Source of the DNA: Candidatus Bathyarchaeota archaeon
Lineage (GTDB): Archaea; Thermoproteota; Bathyarchaeia; TCS64
DNA length: 64,000 nt
Assembly: GCA_026014875.1 (NCBI GenBank)
Contig: JAOZHO010000033.1
Span: 13,256-77,255, forward strand
Reading direction: 5' to 3'
Shown piece after piece: positions 27,438 through 37,171 of this stretch (positions are counted from its first letter, which is position 1; every line of letters begins with the position of its first letter). The notes beneath the pieces were generated by a model that saw only the letters and a list, made by a program, of their open reading frames with translations, did no database searches and was not told the DNA's origin. A program made the translations under genes and the position numbers.

Positions 27438-28373
27438 CTATCCCTCCTCGTAGTACTTCATGAAGATCTCCTCCAGGGAGTACTCCTTGGGCCTCATCAG
27501 CAGGATCACTGCGCCGTTCTCCGTTATCGTCTTGGACACCTCGTAGTCGCTCTCGATTCCTCCATAAACGAAGAGCTGATCTTTCTCTTGGGTCACCGAT
27601 TTGACGCCCTCGATGGACTCTAGGTCCCCGACGAGCCCCGGGGGCACCTCGGAGAGCATGAACTCGACGTTCCTCTCCTCGCCTCCGGTCATCTCCTTGG
27701 TCAGGTTCTCCAGAGTCTCCATTACGATGAGCTTCCCATTGTTGATGATGCCGACCCGGTCGCAGGTCATCTGGACCTCGTTGAGCAGGTGGGAGATAAG
27801 CACGACTGTGAGACCCTGCTCCCTGTTGAGACGGATTATCAGCTCCCGCACCTCCTTGGTGCCCACGGGGTCGAGGCCCAGGGTGGGCTCATCCAGGAAG
27901 ACGATTTTGGGCTGCTTGATCAGGGCCGCGGCTATCCCGACCCGCTGCCTCATCCCCCGGGAGAATTTCTCGTACTTCTCGTCTGCCCATTCGGACATCC
28001 CCACGATCTCCAGCATCTCCCCGATCCTCTCCTCCCGCACATCTTTCGTGAGGTCGTTGAGCTTCCCGATGTAATCCAGGTTCTGGGCTGCCGTAAGCTC
28101 CCCGTAGAGGCTGCTATACTCGGGGAGGATGCTTGCGACGGTTCTGACCTCCCTTGAACTCTCGATGATATCATAGCCTGCGACGACGCCCGTGCCCGTG
28201 GTGGGCACCGAGAGCCCCATGAGCATCAGTATGGCGGTGGTCTTCCCAGCCCCGTTTGGGCCGAGGAAGCCGTAGATCTCTCCCTCCTCCACGACCATGT
28301 CCAGGGAGTCAACAGCGGTAAAATCCCCGTATCTCTTCGTCAGACCGAAGGTCTCTATCACGTTTTCAACCAT
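27438..28373 (-). CDS. ABC transporter ATP-binding protein
   Basis: Walker A GPNGAGKTT. Signature LSRGMRQR. Walker B IVFLDEPT. The start was placed at MVENVIETFGL, where GGAG sits 8 nt upstream. Confidence 0.85.
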   Translation of the reverse strand: MVENVIETFGLTKRYGDFTAVDSLDMVVEEGEIYGFLGPNGAGKTTAILMLMGLSVPTTGTGVVAGYDIIESSREVRTVASILPEYSSLYGELTAAQNLDYIGKLNDLTKDVREERIGEMLEIVGMSEWADEKYEKFSRGMRQRVGIAAALIKQPKIVFLDEPTLGLDPVGTKEVRELIIRLNREQGLTVVLISHLLNEVQMTCDRVGIINNGKLIVMETLENLTKEMTGGEERNVEFMLSEVPPGLVGDLESIEGVKSVTQEKDQLFVYGGIESDYEVSKTITENGAVILLMRPKEYSLEEIFMKYYEEG

Positions 28374-28378
28374 TTTTT

Positions 28379-30490
28379 CTATCTCCTCTTGAATTTCGTG
28401 AAGCCTATCGCGAGGCCGATCACTACTATTATCGCGAGCCCGATGCCGAGGAAGCCCCACGACGTGGACGCATTCGCTGTGACCCTGAGGTCGGCCTCCG
28501 CCGACTCCGCCTGGTCGCTCAGGGCCTGCACCGTGACGATGTAGTCCCCCGCCACGGTGTCGGACGGCGTCTCCGCCGATATGGTGAAAGTTGTCGAGGC
28601 CTTTGGGCCCAGAGAAGCCAGCTGGGAGGGGGTCACCGTTATATCCCAGTCCGCGGGGACGGTCGTCTCGAGGTATAGGGATGTCAGGGGGGAGAGACCC
28701 GCGTTGGTGACCTCGACGCTGAACTCCACCGAGTCCCCGATGGTTATCGTGGTGTAGAGCGTCGAGAGCTCGAGCTCAACATCGTGGGAGCCCACGACGG
28801 TGGCTTTGAGCTCGATCTCCTTGGATAGCGTCCCCTCCGCCGACTCGACCTGGATCACCAGGATATAATCGCCGGTCTCGACGTTGCTCGGAGGCTCCAC
28901 CACTAGGCTAAGATCCTGATAGTCATCCGCCGGAATGTAGAAGCTGGAGACCTTGATGCTCTCCGACTTGAAGACGGCGTCCCAGTTGTCCGGGGCCGAG
29001 ACTACCTTCATTGTGAACTGGTCTTTGCTCTCCCCCATGTTCCAGACTCGTAGGGGATACGTGATGGAGCTCCCCGCCTGAACCGTGACATCCGTGAAGG
29101 TGCCCACGATCTCGATGTCGCTGAAGGACTCCCTCAGGCGGACACCCAGGGCGAGGCTGTCCCCCACGCTCCCCCCCTCGGACTCCACGAGCACCACGAG
29201 GGTGTAACTCCCGGGCTCGTAGTCATCCGGGGGGGTCACCTCGAAGACAAGGCTTGAATATGAACCAGCAGAGATGAGGAGGCTGGAGACCTCCACGGTA
29301 TCGGACCTGAACACGGCGTCCCAGTCCTCGGGGGCTGAGAGAACCGTGAGTATGAACAGGTCGTCGTTGTCCCCCTTGTTCCGGATGGTGAGGGGATAGT
29401 TGATAGCGTTCCCGGCCTCGACTGTCACATCGGTGTACGCGCTCAGGAGCTCCACCTCTCCCTCGGCCTCCTTGAGGCTCACCCTCAACACCAGAGAGCC
29501 CCGCAGCGCTCCTTCCTCAGAGACGGCTCGAATCTCCATCTCATACTCACCAACCAAAGCGGTGATGGCGGGCTCGACCTCAAGGGTGAGAGCCTCAGAA
29601 TCACCGGATTCGAGGAATAGACTACGGATCTCTATGCCGCCCCCCGTGACGAACCTCGTCTCCCATCCCTCGGGGACATCCATATAGAGCTCGACGGTCT
29701 CATCGGAGTCGCCCGTATTAGTGACGGTGACGGGGAAGCTGATGGTTCTCCCCAGCTCCCCGATGATGTAGGGATACGCGGAGGCAAGCGCCGTCTCTGG
29801 CTGGGATGCCTGAGAAGGCTGAATCGTGAACTCCAGAGTGGCGTTCAGGCTGCCGATGACGGTGAGGCTCACGGTCTCTGCCTCAGCCGCGGTCTCCGGA
29901 ACATCCACCTCCAGCGTGAGGCTCAGGCTCCCCGAGTTCAGCTGGGCCCTCCCGATCTCCCCCGTGGAGTCGAGGACCCGGGCCTCCCAGCCCTCCAGAC
30001 TGGCCACGCCGAACTCGATCACCTCGGGCTCGTCCAGGATGCTCACCGTGAAGGGGAAGCTCGCCGTGTCCCCCGGGGAGACGACCCTGCTTAGAACGGA
30101 GGCGGTGAGCCTCAGGTTTTGGAGGAGGACGATCTCCCCCATCTTCACGGGGTCGTTCTCGTCGTCGAAGAACAGCCCGGCGGGCACGTTGATGCCGGTC
30201 TGCTCCCCAGAATATCCGTCCTTCTCGAAGTGGATGGTGTACTGGCCGGTGTCCACGAGGGCGAACCTGAAGTATCCTTCCTCATCGGTGTACTGGGTGG
30301 CCTCGAGGCTTCCCGAGTTCGAGTACGCCATCACCTTGACATCGGTGAGGGGGGCTCCATTCTCATCCAGTACTGTCCCGTGGACATTCCCGGAGCCTGC
30401 CGGGGGAGCGTATACCCAGGCTCCCATCGTCGATGCTAGGACGAGGGAGATCAGGATCATTGTTAGCGTTCCATTCCTCTTGTTAATCAT
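28379..30490 (-). CDS. cell-surface protein (COG1470-like). N-terminal CarboxypepD_reg-like domain, tandem ~95-aa repeats, C-terminal TM anchor
   Basis: Signal peptide. HGTVLDENGAPLTDVKVMAY. Repeated SAPxxWDAVF(R/K)S units. The C-terminus is WGFLGIGLAIIVVIGLAIGFTKFKRR. Confidence 0.7.
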   Translation of the reverse strand: MINKRNGTLTMILISLVLASTMGAWVYAPPAGSGNVHGTVLDENGAPLTDVKVMAYSNSGSLEATQYTDEEGYFRFALVDTGQYTIHFEKDGYSGEQTGINVPAGLFFDDENDPVKMGEIVLLQNLRLTASVLSRVVSPGDTASFPFTVSILDEPEVIEFGVASLEGWEARVLDSTGEIGRAQLNSGSLSLTLEVDVPETAAEAETVSLTVIGSLNATLEFTIQPSQASQPETALASAYPYIIGELGRTISFPVTVTNTGDSDETVELYMDVPEGWETRFVTGGGIEIRSLFLESGDSEALTLEVEPAITALVGEYEMEIRAVSEEGALRGSLVLRVSLKEAEGEVELLSAYTDVTVEAGNAINYPLTIRNKGDNDDLFILTVLSAPEDWDAVFRSDTVEVSSLLISAGSYSSLVFEVTPPDDYEPGSYTLVVLVESEGGSVGDSLALGVRLRESFSDIEIVGTFTDVTVQAGSSITYPLRVWNMGESKDQFTMKVVSAPDNWDAVFKSESIKVSSFYIPADDYQDLSLVVEPPSNVETGDYILVIQVESAEGTLSKEIELKATVVGSHDVELELSTLYTTITIGDSVEFSVEVTNAGLSPLTSLYLETTVPADWDITVTPSQLASLGPKASTTFTISAETPSDTVAGDYIVTVQALSDQAESAEADLRVTANASTSWGFLGIGLAIIVVIGLAIGFTKFKRR

Positions 30491-30534
30491 TACGTCACCT
30501 CGAGTTCAGAGACTTCCATAAGTTTTGCTAATTA

Positions 30535-30586
30535 AACCATTTTTCAGAATCATACCATAATCTACCCCTAATCCTCCTGGCGTCAA
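30535..30586. promoter_or_regulatory. upstream motif catttttcagaatc...cccctaatc, shared with 31090-31130
   Basis: The same 15-mer and 9-mer appear in the upstream regions of two consecutive minus-strand genes. Confidence 0.35.
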
Positions 30587-31056
30587 CCCCGCTTGGACCT
30601 CCCGGCCATTCCCTCCATCAGCTCATCCATCTTCTCGGTGACGTGATCCAGGAGGCCCTGCGACGAGGCGCCCTGGTCGATCAACCCCTGGAGCTCGGGC
30701 TCCAGCCCCTCGATGAATTCGAGCATGGGGGCCATCCGCTCCGCAAAGACTTCCTCTGTCTCGTTGAGCATCGCCTCCATCTGATCCGTCATGTTAACAA
30801 CGAACTCTAGGAGTTCCTCGGGCTCGGCGCTCGCGTTAACAAGTGCCTGGAGCTCGTGGATGACCCCCTGGAAGAAGCCGTCCCTCTCCCCCATGGGTCT
30901 ATCACCATCAGGCGGGAAGGGCCTCTGCTCGTCCTCATGGATCGGCAGTTCCTCCTCCGTTTGCGGAGAGACATTGTTGACCTGGCCCAGATACGCCCAG
31001 CCACCCACCAAGACGAATAGGACCAAGGCTATCGGGATGACCACATTAAGCCTCAA
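30583..31056 (-). CDS. hypothetical membrane-anchored acidic protein
   Basis: N-terminal TM helix followed by an E/L-rich helical region. Confidence 0.45.
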   Translation of the reverse strand: MRLNVVIPIALVLFVLVGGWAYLGQVNNVSPQTEEELPIHEDEQRPFPPDGDRPMGERDGFFQGVIHELQALVNASAEPEELLEFVVNMTDQMEAMLNETEEVFAERMAPMLEFIEGLEPELQGLIDQGASSQGLLDHVTEKMDELMEGMAGRSKRG

Positions 31057-31196
31057 TTCTGCTCAAGGGTCCCTGAGTCCGAGATGATTAAAAATCATTT
31101 TTCAGAATCTCCCCCTAATCATTACAGAATCTTGAGCCCCTGGAATCATTTAATACGATATCCGTGATACCTGAACTGAGATTTCCACCAAGGTAT

Positions 31197-31526
31197 ATGC
31201 CGATGTCTGCCCGGGACCGAACCTACAGGTACCTCCTCCAGTGGCTGATAGGGGGCACCAGGGGCGGCGTGAACCGGGGCCGCATCATCAACGCCCTCAG
31301 AGAGCAGCCCATGAACGCGAACCAGCTGGGAAAACTTCTAGAGCTCGACTACAGGACCATCAGGCACCACCTGGAAGCCCTGGAGAAGCACAAGCTCCTC
31401 GCCTCGATGGGGGACCGCTACGGCAAGATGTACTTCGTCTCCATGGAGCTCGAGGAGCACCTCGACGTTTTTGATGAGATTTGGGTGGAAATTGGAAAAA
31501 GGTTGAAAAAGGAGGATAATGAGTGA
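31197..31526 (+). CDS. winged-helix transcriptional regulator
   Basis: GGTRGGVNRGRIINALREQPMNANQLGKLLELDYRTIRHHLEALEKHKLL. Confidence 0.55.
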   Translation: MPMSARDRTYRYLLQWLIGGTRGGVNRGRIINALREQPMNANQLGKLLELDYRTIRHHLEALEKHKLLASMGDRYGKMYFVSMELEEHLDVFDEIWVEIGKRLKKEDNE

Positions 31527-31960
31527 GACTGAGAATGAGGAATAGGCCCCGTGCAGCCCTGACGCTCCTAGCGATCATGCTGGTCAGCGTATCGTCCGTC
31601 TGGGTCGCCCACGGGGAGTTCTCCAAGGGAGACTGGGATTTTGACATGCACGAGCTGGAGCGGCTCAGGGACGAGCTGCCCAGAGTCCTCACCATCAAGA
31701 TGGCCTTCACCACCCTCACATCGATCCTCCTCATCGGGCTCATCGTGGTACACGTCAGAGTCTATCGCGAGACGGGGACCCGGTTCAGCCTGGGGCTAGT
31801 AATCTTCTCAGTGGCCCTCATCCTCTACACCCTCGCCTCTAACCCGATGCTCCACAGGCTCGTGGGCTTCAGGAGGATCGGTCTGGGCCCCCTGCTGATG
31901 CTCCCTGACCTCTTCATGGTCGTCGCAGCAGCCATACTCCTCTACCTCAGCAGACAGTAA
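31523..31960 (+). CDS. hypothetical integral membrane protein, coupled to the upstream regulator
   Basis: Three TM helices. The start overlaps the regulator stop. Confidence 0.5.
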   Translation: MRLRMRNRPRAALTLLAIMLVSVSSVWVAHGEFSKGDWDFDMHELERLRDELPRVLTIKMAFTTLTSILLIGLIVVHVRVYRETGTRFSLGLVIFSVALILYTLASNPMLHRLVGFRRIGLGPLLMLPDLFMVVAAAILLYLSRQ

Positions 31961-31963
31961 ACC

Positions 31964-31980
31964 CCGCCCGGGGCTCCATC
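31964..31980 (+). repeat. exact 17-nt copy of the tRNA-Thr 3' end (cccgcccggggctccat)
   Basis: Direct match to 26120-26136. It begins 4 nt after the TAA of the preceding gene. Confidence 0.55.
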
Positions 31981-32053
31981 ATCGGTGCGGGAGCCGTGTA
32001 TGTAGTGATCGGACCCGTACACGGGTTCATTATCTACTGGGCTCCTAACGAAA

Positions 32054-32434
32054 ATGGGTGGTGTTTTGGATCCGTTTTTGAGGGGTTTCAACGAGAGTTT
32101 GATGGACACTAATCTATCGGAGATCGAGGTTCAGAATCTGAAGGGGATAACGGCGATCTTCAGTAAAGAGATCAAATCGAAGCTTGATGCCCAGTTCGGT
32201 TTCATACTGGGTTTTTCGTATGCGAAGTTCCTGATGCAATTCCTCATTCTCAAGAATAGTATGCCCACGAAGGAGGAGACGAAAGAGTTCTTCGAGCTTC
32301 TGAAGAGGCGCCACCCTGAGATTGTCTCGATCCTGAGGGATGTGAGGGTCGCCGATATCGTTGAACGGAACGAGTCTGTTGCATCCTTCGAAGAACATGA
32401 AGTAGAACCGGATAGCGAGGACCCAACCTTCTAA
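32054..32434 (+). CDS. hypothetical protein
   Basis: ORF in a lower-GC stretch. No family was recognised. Confidence 0.35.
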   Translation: MGGVLDPFLRGFNESLMDTNLSEIEVQNLKGITAIFSKEIKSKLDAQFGFILGFSYAKFLMQFLILKNSMPTKEETKEFFELLKRRHPEIVSILRDVRVADIVERNESVASFEEHEVEPDSEDPTF

Positions 32435-32481
32435 CATCGCGCGCGATCAGTAAAACGCCTACCAGAAAACCTATCTCAACG

Positions 32482-33012
32482 ATGGGGGGAGGTTATCCCA
32501 TGTTAGAGAAAATTCTGGATGAGGTGAACGAGGCCAACAGGAGCCGGAAGACAATCTCCAAGATGGAGTTGGGAGAGATCGACCAGTTCCTGGTTCACTC
32601 CAGGGTGGGGAGGATCGGCATATCCCTTGATGATAACCCCTACGTTGTTCCCGTCGGCTACTGCTACGAGGGCGGTGAGATTTTCTTCCATTCCTGCTTC
32701 AGCGGGCTGAAGATGAGGAGCATGGCACGAAACCCCAAAGTCTGCTTCCTGGTCGACGAGTCCCTCTCGGACGGCTCCATGTACAAGAGCGTGATAGTCA
32801 GGGGGTCCGTGGAGATCATCGATGACGGGGAGAGGATGCTGCCGTACCTGCAGAGCCTCATTAACAAGTACAGGGTCCCCGTGGGCTTCGACGAGTACAT
32901 CGGCAGGCCAGGGCGGAGCAGGGAGAAGGAGATGGCGGTAGTCCGAGTATGTGTGATCACCCCGAGTGAGATCACCAGTAGGAAGATGGTGCGCGCGCTT
33001 ACGCGCGCGTGA
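32482..33012 (+). CDS. pyridoxamine 5'-phosphate oxidase-family (FMN-binding split-barrel) protein
   Basis: GRIGISLDDNPYVVPVGYCYEGGEIFFHS...CFLVDE is a PNPOx-like pattern. Confidence 0.65.
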   Translation: MGGGYPMLEKILDEVNEANRSRKTISKMELGEIDQFLVHSRVGRIGISLDDNPYVVPVGYCYEGGEIFFHSCFSGLKMRSMARNPKVCFLVDESLSDGSMYKSVIVRGSVEIIDDGERMLPYLQSLINKYRVPVGFDEYIGRPGRSREKEMAVVRVCVITPSEITSRKMVRALTRA

Positions 33013-33061
33013 AAAGGCTGATGGAGAATAAATTTATCTTATTACAGGTTATGTTCCGTCT

Positions 33062-33790
33062 ATGATCGACTACAATAAAATATCTGGGCATTACACACAA
33101 CACCGCCAAAAGGTACATCCAGGGATATTGAAGGAACTCCTATCCGGATCTGAATATCAAAACAATTCGACTGTTCTCGAAGTGGGCTGCGGAACAGCGA
33201 ATTACATCATCGAAATACAATCCCTCACAGGAAGCAGATGCTGGGGCATAGACCCATCAGAAAAAATGCTATCAGTGGCCAGAGAAAGGTCAAAAACAAT
33301 AGATTTTAAAAATGGCAGAGGAGAGCAACTGGATTTCTCAAATGATTTCTTCGATTTCATATTCTCCGTAGATGTGATCCATCACGTGGAAGGTCATCTA
33401 GAATACTTTCAAGAGGCTTTTCGGACGTTAAAACCGGGAAATCGAATTTGTACCGTTACGGATTCCGAGTGGACACTCAGCAATCGGGTACCCCTGGCAA
33501 CTCACTTCCCAGAGACCGTTGAGGTCGAATTGGCCAGATATCCTAGGATTCATTATTTAACCGGGCTGATGAGGGAAGCGGGATTCACGGACATTCAGGA
33601 TAAACTCGTAGAGTTCTCATTCCACATGAAGGATATTCAGGCATTTCGAGATAGAGCATATAGTTCATTACACCTGATTTCAGAAGAAGCGTTTCAGAGA
33701 GGAATCACTCGATTGGAGGACGAATTAGATGAAAAAGGGTATATTCAAAATATTTCCAGATACACGCTTCTATGGGGAAGAAAAAATTAA
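33062..33790 (+). CDS. class I SAM-dependent methyltransferase
   Basis: SAM motif VLEVGCGTANY and distal motif LKPGNRI. The GC content is markedly lower than in the surroundings. Confidence 0.8.
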   Translation: MIDYNKISGHYTQHRQKVHPGILKELLSGSEYQNNSTVLEVGCGTANYIIEIQSLTGSRCWGIDPSEKMLSVARERSKTIDFKNGRGEQLDFSNDFFDFIFSVDVIHHVEGHLEYFQEAFRTLKPGNRICTVTDSEWTLSNRVPLATHFPETVEVELARYPRIHYLTGLMREAGFTDIQDKLVEFSFHMKDIQAFRDRAYSSLHLISEEAFQRGITRLEDELDEKGYIQNISRYTLLWGRKN

Positions 33791-33973
33791 AATCGCGCGC
33801 GCCTGTTCTGGAAATCGTGTGTGAGGAAAATAAAATTTTACCACTGAGAGGCAGGCGGAGTGCCTCCGCTCCTGTAGAGAGGGGAAGCCGTCTAATCCCC
33901 CTTTTTCTAGAGGGCAGCCTAAGGAGGGAATAACTCTTGTCTGGAAGTGGAGCGCGGGCCTTCCTTTATGCGT

Positions 33974-34792
33974 TCATTCACTCCTCGGCTCACTGAGGGG
34001 GACGCTGAGGCTTTCAAACCCTTTGACGAAGTCGGACATCCAGGCCACCACATCCTCCAACAGCGTCTCCGCGAACTCGGGAGTTATCTTGGAGTAGTCG
34101 CTGGTGCCTGGCACGTCGTCGGGGTGGGCCTCCGTCATGGAGCCGGTCTCAGATACGTCGACGGTGCTCAGCGGTATCCTAACGAGACCGTCTTTGAACC
34201 TCGCGAGCCCCGATCTGACAAGCTGGATCTCATCATCCACCTGCCTCGTCGGCGTCAACACCGCCCGGTCCATCCTCACAGCCTCGGGCCTCGACGCCAG
34301 CATGAGGGCGGTCTCGGCGTAACCTGCGTGCTCCTCGGCGGGGTGCCCGTGTATGGACCTGCTTCGCAGTATGTCCCACCACTGGACGACGGCGCAGAGG
34401 GTCCCCATGTCCTCCCGGGCCTCCTTGATGGCGCCGGTGATGGCGCCGAGGTTCCCCCCATGACCGTTCATGAAGACCACCCGATCTATTCCATAGCGGT
34501 CAAGGCTCTCGATGATCTCGTAGACCACCTCCTGGAGGGTCTCCGGGGCGAGAGTTATCGTCCCGGGGAACTCCTTATGGTGGCCCGAGACGCCGTATGG
34601 CATGACAGGCAGCACCAGAGCGCCCGTCCTCTCCCCAACCTTCCTCGCGATGTTCCAGGCCTGGATCCAGTCCGCCCCGACCCCTAGGTGAAGCCCGTGC
34701 TGCTCTGTCGCGCCTATCGGCACGATGGCGAGCCTCGTCTCACCGAACTTCTCCTCGGCCTCCGGCCAGGTCATATTAGATAGCTCGAACAT
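33974..34792 (-). CDS. creatininase-family amidohydrolase (archaeal ArfB-like)
   Basis: LAIVPIGATEQHGLHLGVGADW...NGHGGN is the creatininase fold signature. Confidence 0.75.
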   Translation of the reverse strand: MFELSNMTWPEAEEKFGETRLAIVPIGATEQHGLHLGVGADWIQAWNIARKVGERTGALVLPVMPYGVSGHHKEFPGTITLAPETLQEVVYEIIESLDRYGIDRVVFMNGHGGNLGAITGAIKEAREDMGTLCAVVQWWDILRSRSIHGHPAEEHAGYAETALMLASRPEAVRMDRAVLTPTRQVDDEIQLVRSGLARFKDGLVRIPLSTVDVSETGSMTEAHPDDVPGTSDYSKITPEFAETLLEDVVAWMSDFVKGFESLSVPLSEPRSE

Positions 34793-34905
34793 GATTTACT
34801 CCTCTTAAGAAGAGGACAATATGTCGAATAATAATGTGTGAGGTGTAAAGTGCCTTTGTCCCACGTACGCCTGTTAACGGACGCCTAAAGTCACGCTGGT
34901 AACTA

Positions 34906-35090
34906 GATGTCCAGCGTCTTCCCCGGGTTCTCGTTCACCATCATCCCGATCTCACCGTCGCTGATGCCGTTCTCCCTCATCACACGAATGAATATCCGTA
35001 GCCCCTCAGGCGACGGATTGTGCACCTAACCCAAGCCCGTGGCCTGGTCCAAGAAAGCGATGGTGGGCAGCTCATATCCGGCGGTGACTA
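34906..35090 (-). pseudogene. frameshifted C-terminal remnant of an amidohydrolase-superfamily gene
   Basis: The minus strand reads ...ITLVTAGYELPTIAFLDQATGLG. After a frame shift it reads VHNPSPEGLRIFIRVMRENGISDGEIGMMVNENPGKTLDI*. There is no upstream start. Confidence 0.3.
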
Positions 35091-35149
35091 AGGTGATGCT
35101 GGACGTTCTAAGGGACGGTGGGTGATGAAGTTTAACCCAAAGAGGTTAC

Positions 35150-35188
35150 AGGTACTTTTCAATCTCAAGTTGGAAACCCGCCCGGCGC
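35150..35188 (+). repeat. 36-nt intergenic repeat, copy C
   Basis: ggtacttttcaatctcaagttggaaacccgcccggcgcg. Confidence 0.55.
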
Positions 35189-35312
35189 GCGTTTCAGTTT
35201 ACATGTCTTTAATGGTTCTTTTACGTGTATCAGATGCCGAATTCGCAGTGAACTCTGAACGTGCGCGGGTGAGAAAGTGAATTAAATGAACTGGACTTGT
35301 GTTTGATCGTCT

Positions 35313-36857
35313 ATGAGAGGCGATAATAATGGGTTTTTCGGGGTTTGTGCAGTCCTGACTCTATTACTCGTCTCGTCGTCTCTCCCGTTCCTGAGCTGGG
35401 GGGCATCCGCCTCCGACCTGGATGAGAGAATCCAGAGGGTTGAGAATGGGTTATACGAACGCTCTTGGGAGGGTCTGCCTATCGGAGAAAAGTTGACGCT
35501 CGCGGAACGCATGGAATATTACAAAGTCCCAGGGGTCAGCATCGCCGTCATCAATGATTTTCAAATTGAATGGGCCAAGGGCTATGGCGTTCTAGAAACT
35601 GGAGGAAATCAGCCCGTAACCCCCGACACTCTTTTCCAAGCGGCTTCCATCAGCAAACCCGTTACTGCTGCGGCAGCCCTGCACTTTGTGGAACAGGGTC
35701 TCCTTGACCTCGACGAAAACGTCAACGATAAGCTAGTTTCTTGGAAAGTGCCTGAGAATGAGTTGACAGAACAGGAAAAGGTTACGCTTCGCCGTCTACT
35801 AAGCCACACCGCAGGAACTAGTGTCCACGGATTCAGAGGGTACGCATATAATGAGGAGATTCCCACCCTCCAGCAGATACTTGATGGGGAGCCGCCGGCC
35901 GATAATCCACCAATTCGCGTCGACATGGTTCCAGGGACTAAATGGCGGTACTCGGGTGGCGGCATCACGATCGTGCAACAGCTGCTCAAGGATATTATAG
36001 GCAAACCCTTTCCTGATATCATGCAGGAAGCAGTCCTCGAGCCAACAGGAATGATGGCTAGCACATTTAAACAGCCACTCCCTGAGGACCGCAGAGCTAC
36101 AGCAGCCACTGCGCACAATATCAATGGTGGGCCCCTCGGGGGAAAATGGCATATCTACCCTGAGATGGCGGCAGCGGGACTATGGACAACCGCTTCTGAT
36201 CTCGCACGCTTCGGCATCGAGATGATGCTTTCCTACCGTGGAGAATCGAATAAAATTCTCTCCGAGGAGATGGTGGAAGCAATGCTTTCTCCTCAGGTCG
36301 AGGGGTTCATGGGATTGGGATTTACGACACAAGGCGAAGGCCTAGATCATTGGTTTGGGCATGTCGGGGGTAATGAGGGATTTAGATGCATCATATTGGC
36401 CTATCCAGAACGAGGGTATGGCATTGTGGTGATGACAAATGGGGATGCAGGCGATTCGCTTTACAACGAGATTCTGATGAGCGTAGAGTTAGAATATAGC
36501 TTGTTCAACACAGACATGACGATATATGTGAAGGATAACGAGGGCAAGGCTATCAGTGGCGCTTCTGTGACCTCCATCTCCCAGCCGGAGGGTCAAGAGA
36601 CGCTGAGAGGCGCCACGGACTCCGATGGTTGTATGATCTTCACGAATGTGAGGCAGGGCGACTACGCGATCCAGGCGAGCAAGAGCGGATACACGACGGA
36701 TAAGGGAACATTGAACGCCATAATAGAGGAGACAGCTGAGTTAACCATCCTCCTCGAGAAGGAAGCGAAAGGCATCCCCGGCTTCCCTTACGAGTCAATC
36801 ATACTCGGGATAGTGATGGTGACCTTCCTGTTATGGGGGATGAGAAGAAGAACGTAG
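35313..36857 (+). CDS. beta-lactamase-family serine hydrolase with C-terminal CarboxypepD_reg-like domain and PGF-CTERM sorting signal
   Basis: Signal peptide. SxxK motif SISK. Domain DGCMIFTNVRQGDY. The C-terminus is GIPGFPYESIILGIVMVTFLLWGMRRRT. Confidence 0.8.
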   Translation: MRGDNNGFFGVCAVLTLLLVSSSLPFLSWGASASDLDERIQRVENGLYERSWEGLPIGEKLTLAERMEYYKVPGVSIAVINDFQIEWAKGYGVLETGGNQPVTPDTLFQAASISKPVTAAAALHFVEQGLLDLDENVNDKLVSWKVPENELTEQEKVTLRRLLSHTAGTSVHGFRGYAYNEEIPTLQQILDGEPPADNPPIRVDMVPGTKWRYSGGGITIVQQLLKDIIGKPFPDIMQEAVLEPTGMMASTFKQPLPEDRRATAATAHNINGGPLGGKWHIYPEMAAAGLWTTASDLARFGIEMMLSYRGESNKILSEEMVEAMLSPQVEGFMGLGFTTQGEGLDHWFGHVGGNEGFRCIILAYPERGYGIVVMTNGDAGDSLYNEILMSVELEYSLFNTDMTIYVKDNEGKAISGASVTSISQPEGQETLRGATDSDGCMIFTNVRQGDYAIQASKSGYTTDKGTLNAIIEETAELTILLEKEAKGIPGFPYESIILGIVMVTFLLWGMRRRT

Positions 36858-36867
36858 AGTGCGCACG

Positions 36868-36910
36868 CAGTGCTTTTCTGCCTCAAGTTAGTAGCCCGCC
36901 CGGGGTTTCC
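36868..36910 (+). repeat. 36-nt intergenic repeat, copy A
   Basis: cagtgcttttctgcctcaagttagtagcccgcccggggtttcc. It lies 11 nt after the lactamase stop. Confidence 0.55.
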
Positions 36911-37171
36911 GGTCGTCTTGACCTTAGCGTCGCTCATTCCTATCACCAACTGTGCTATCCACGCTGCGTATGCGCTCGCGGATGTGAAAGTGTACGCGCG
37001 CGCATGAAGAATGTATAAATTATTGCCCTCAAATTTATGATCTATTCTCTAGCGCGCAGTTTATATCATGCTTCTCGCTTGGCGTGTTATATCATGAGAA
37101 AAATAAAAAAAACAACTTGAAACTCGATTCGATCTATAAACTCCTGGCCGCCTCTCGGCGTCTGAGCTTAT

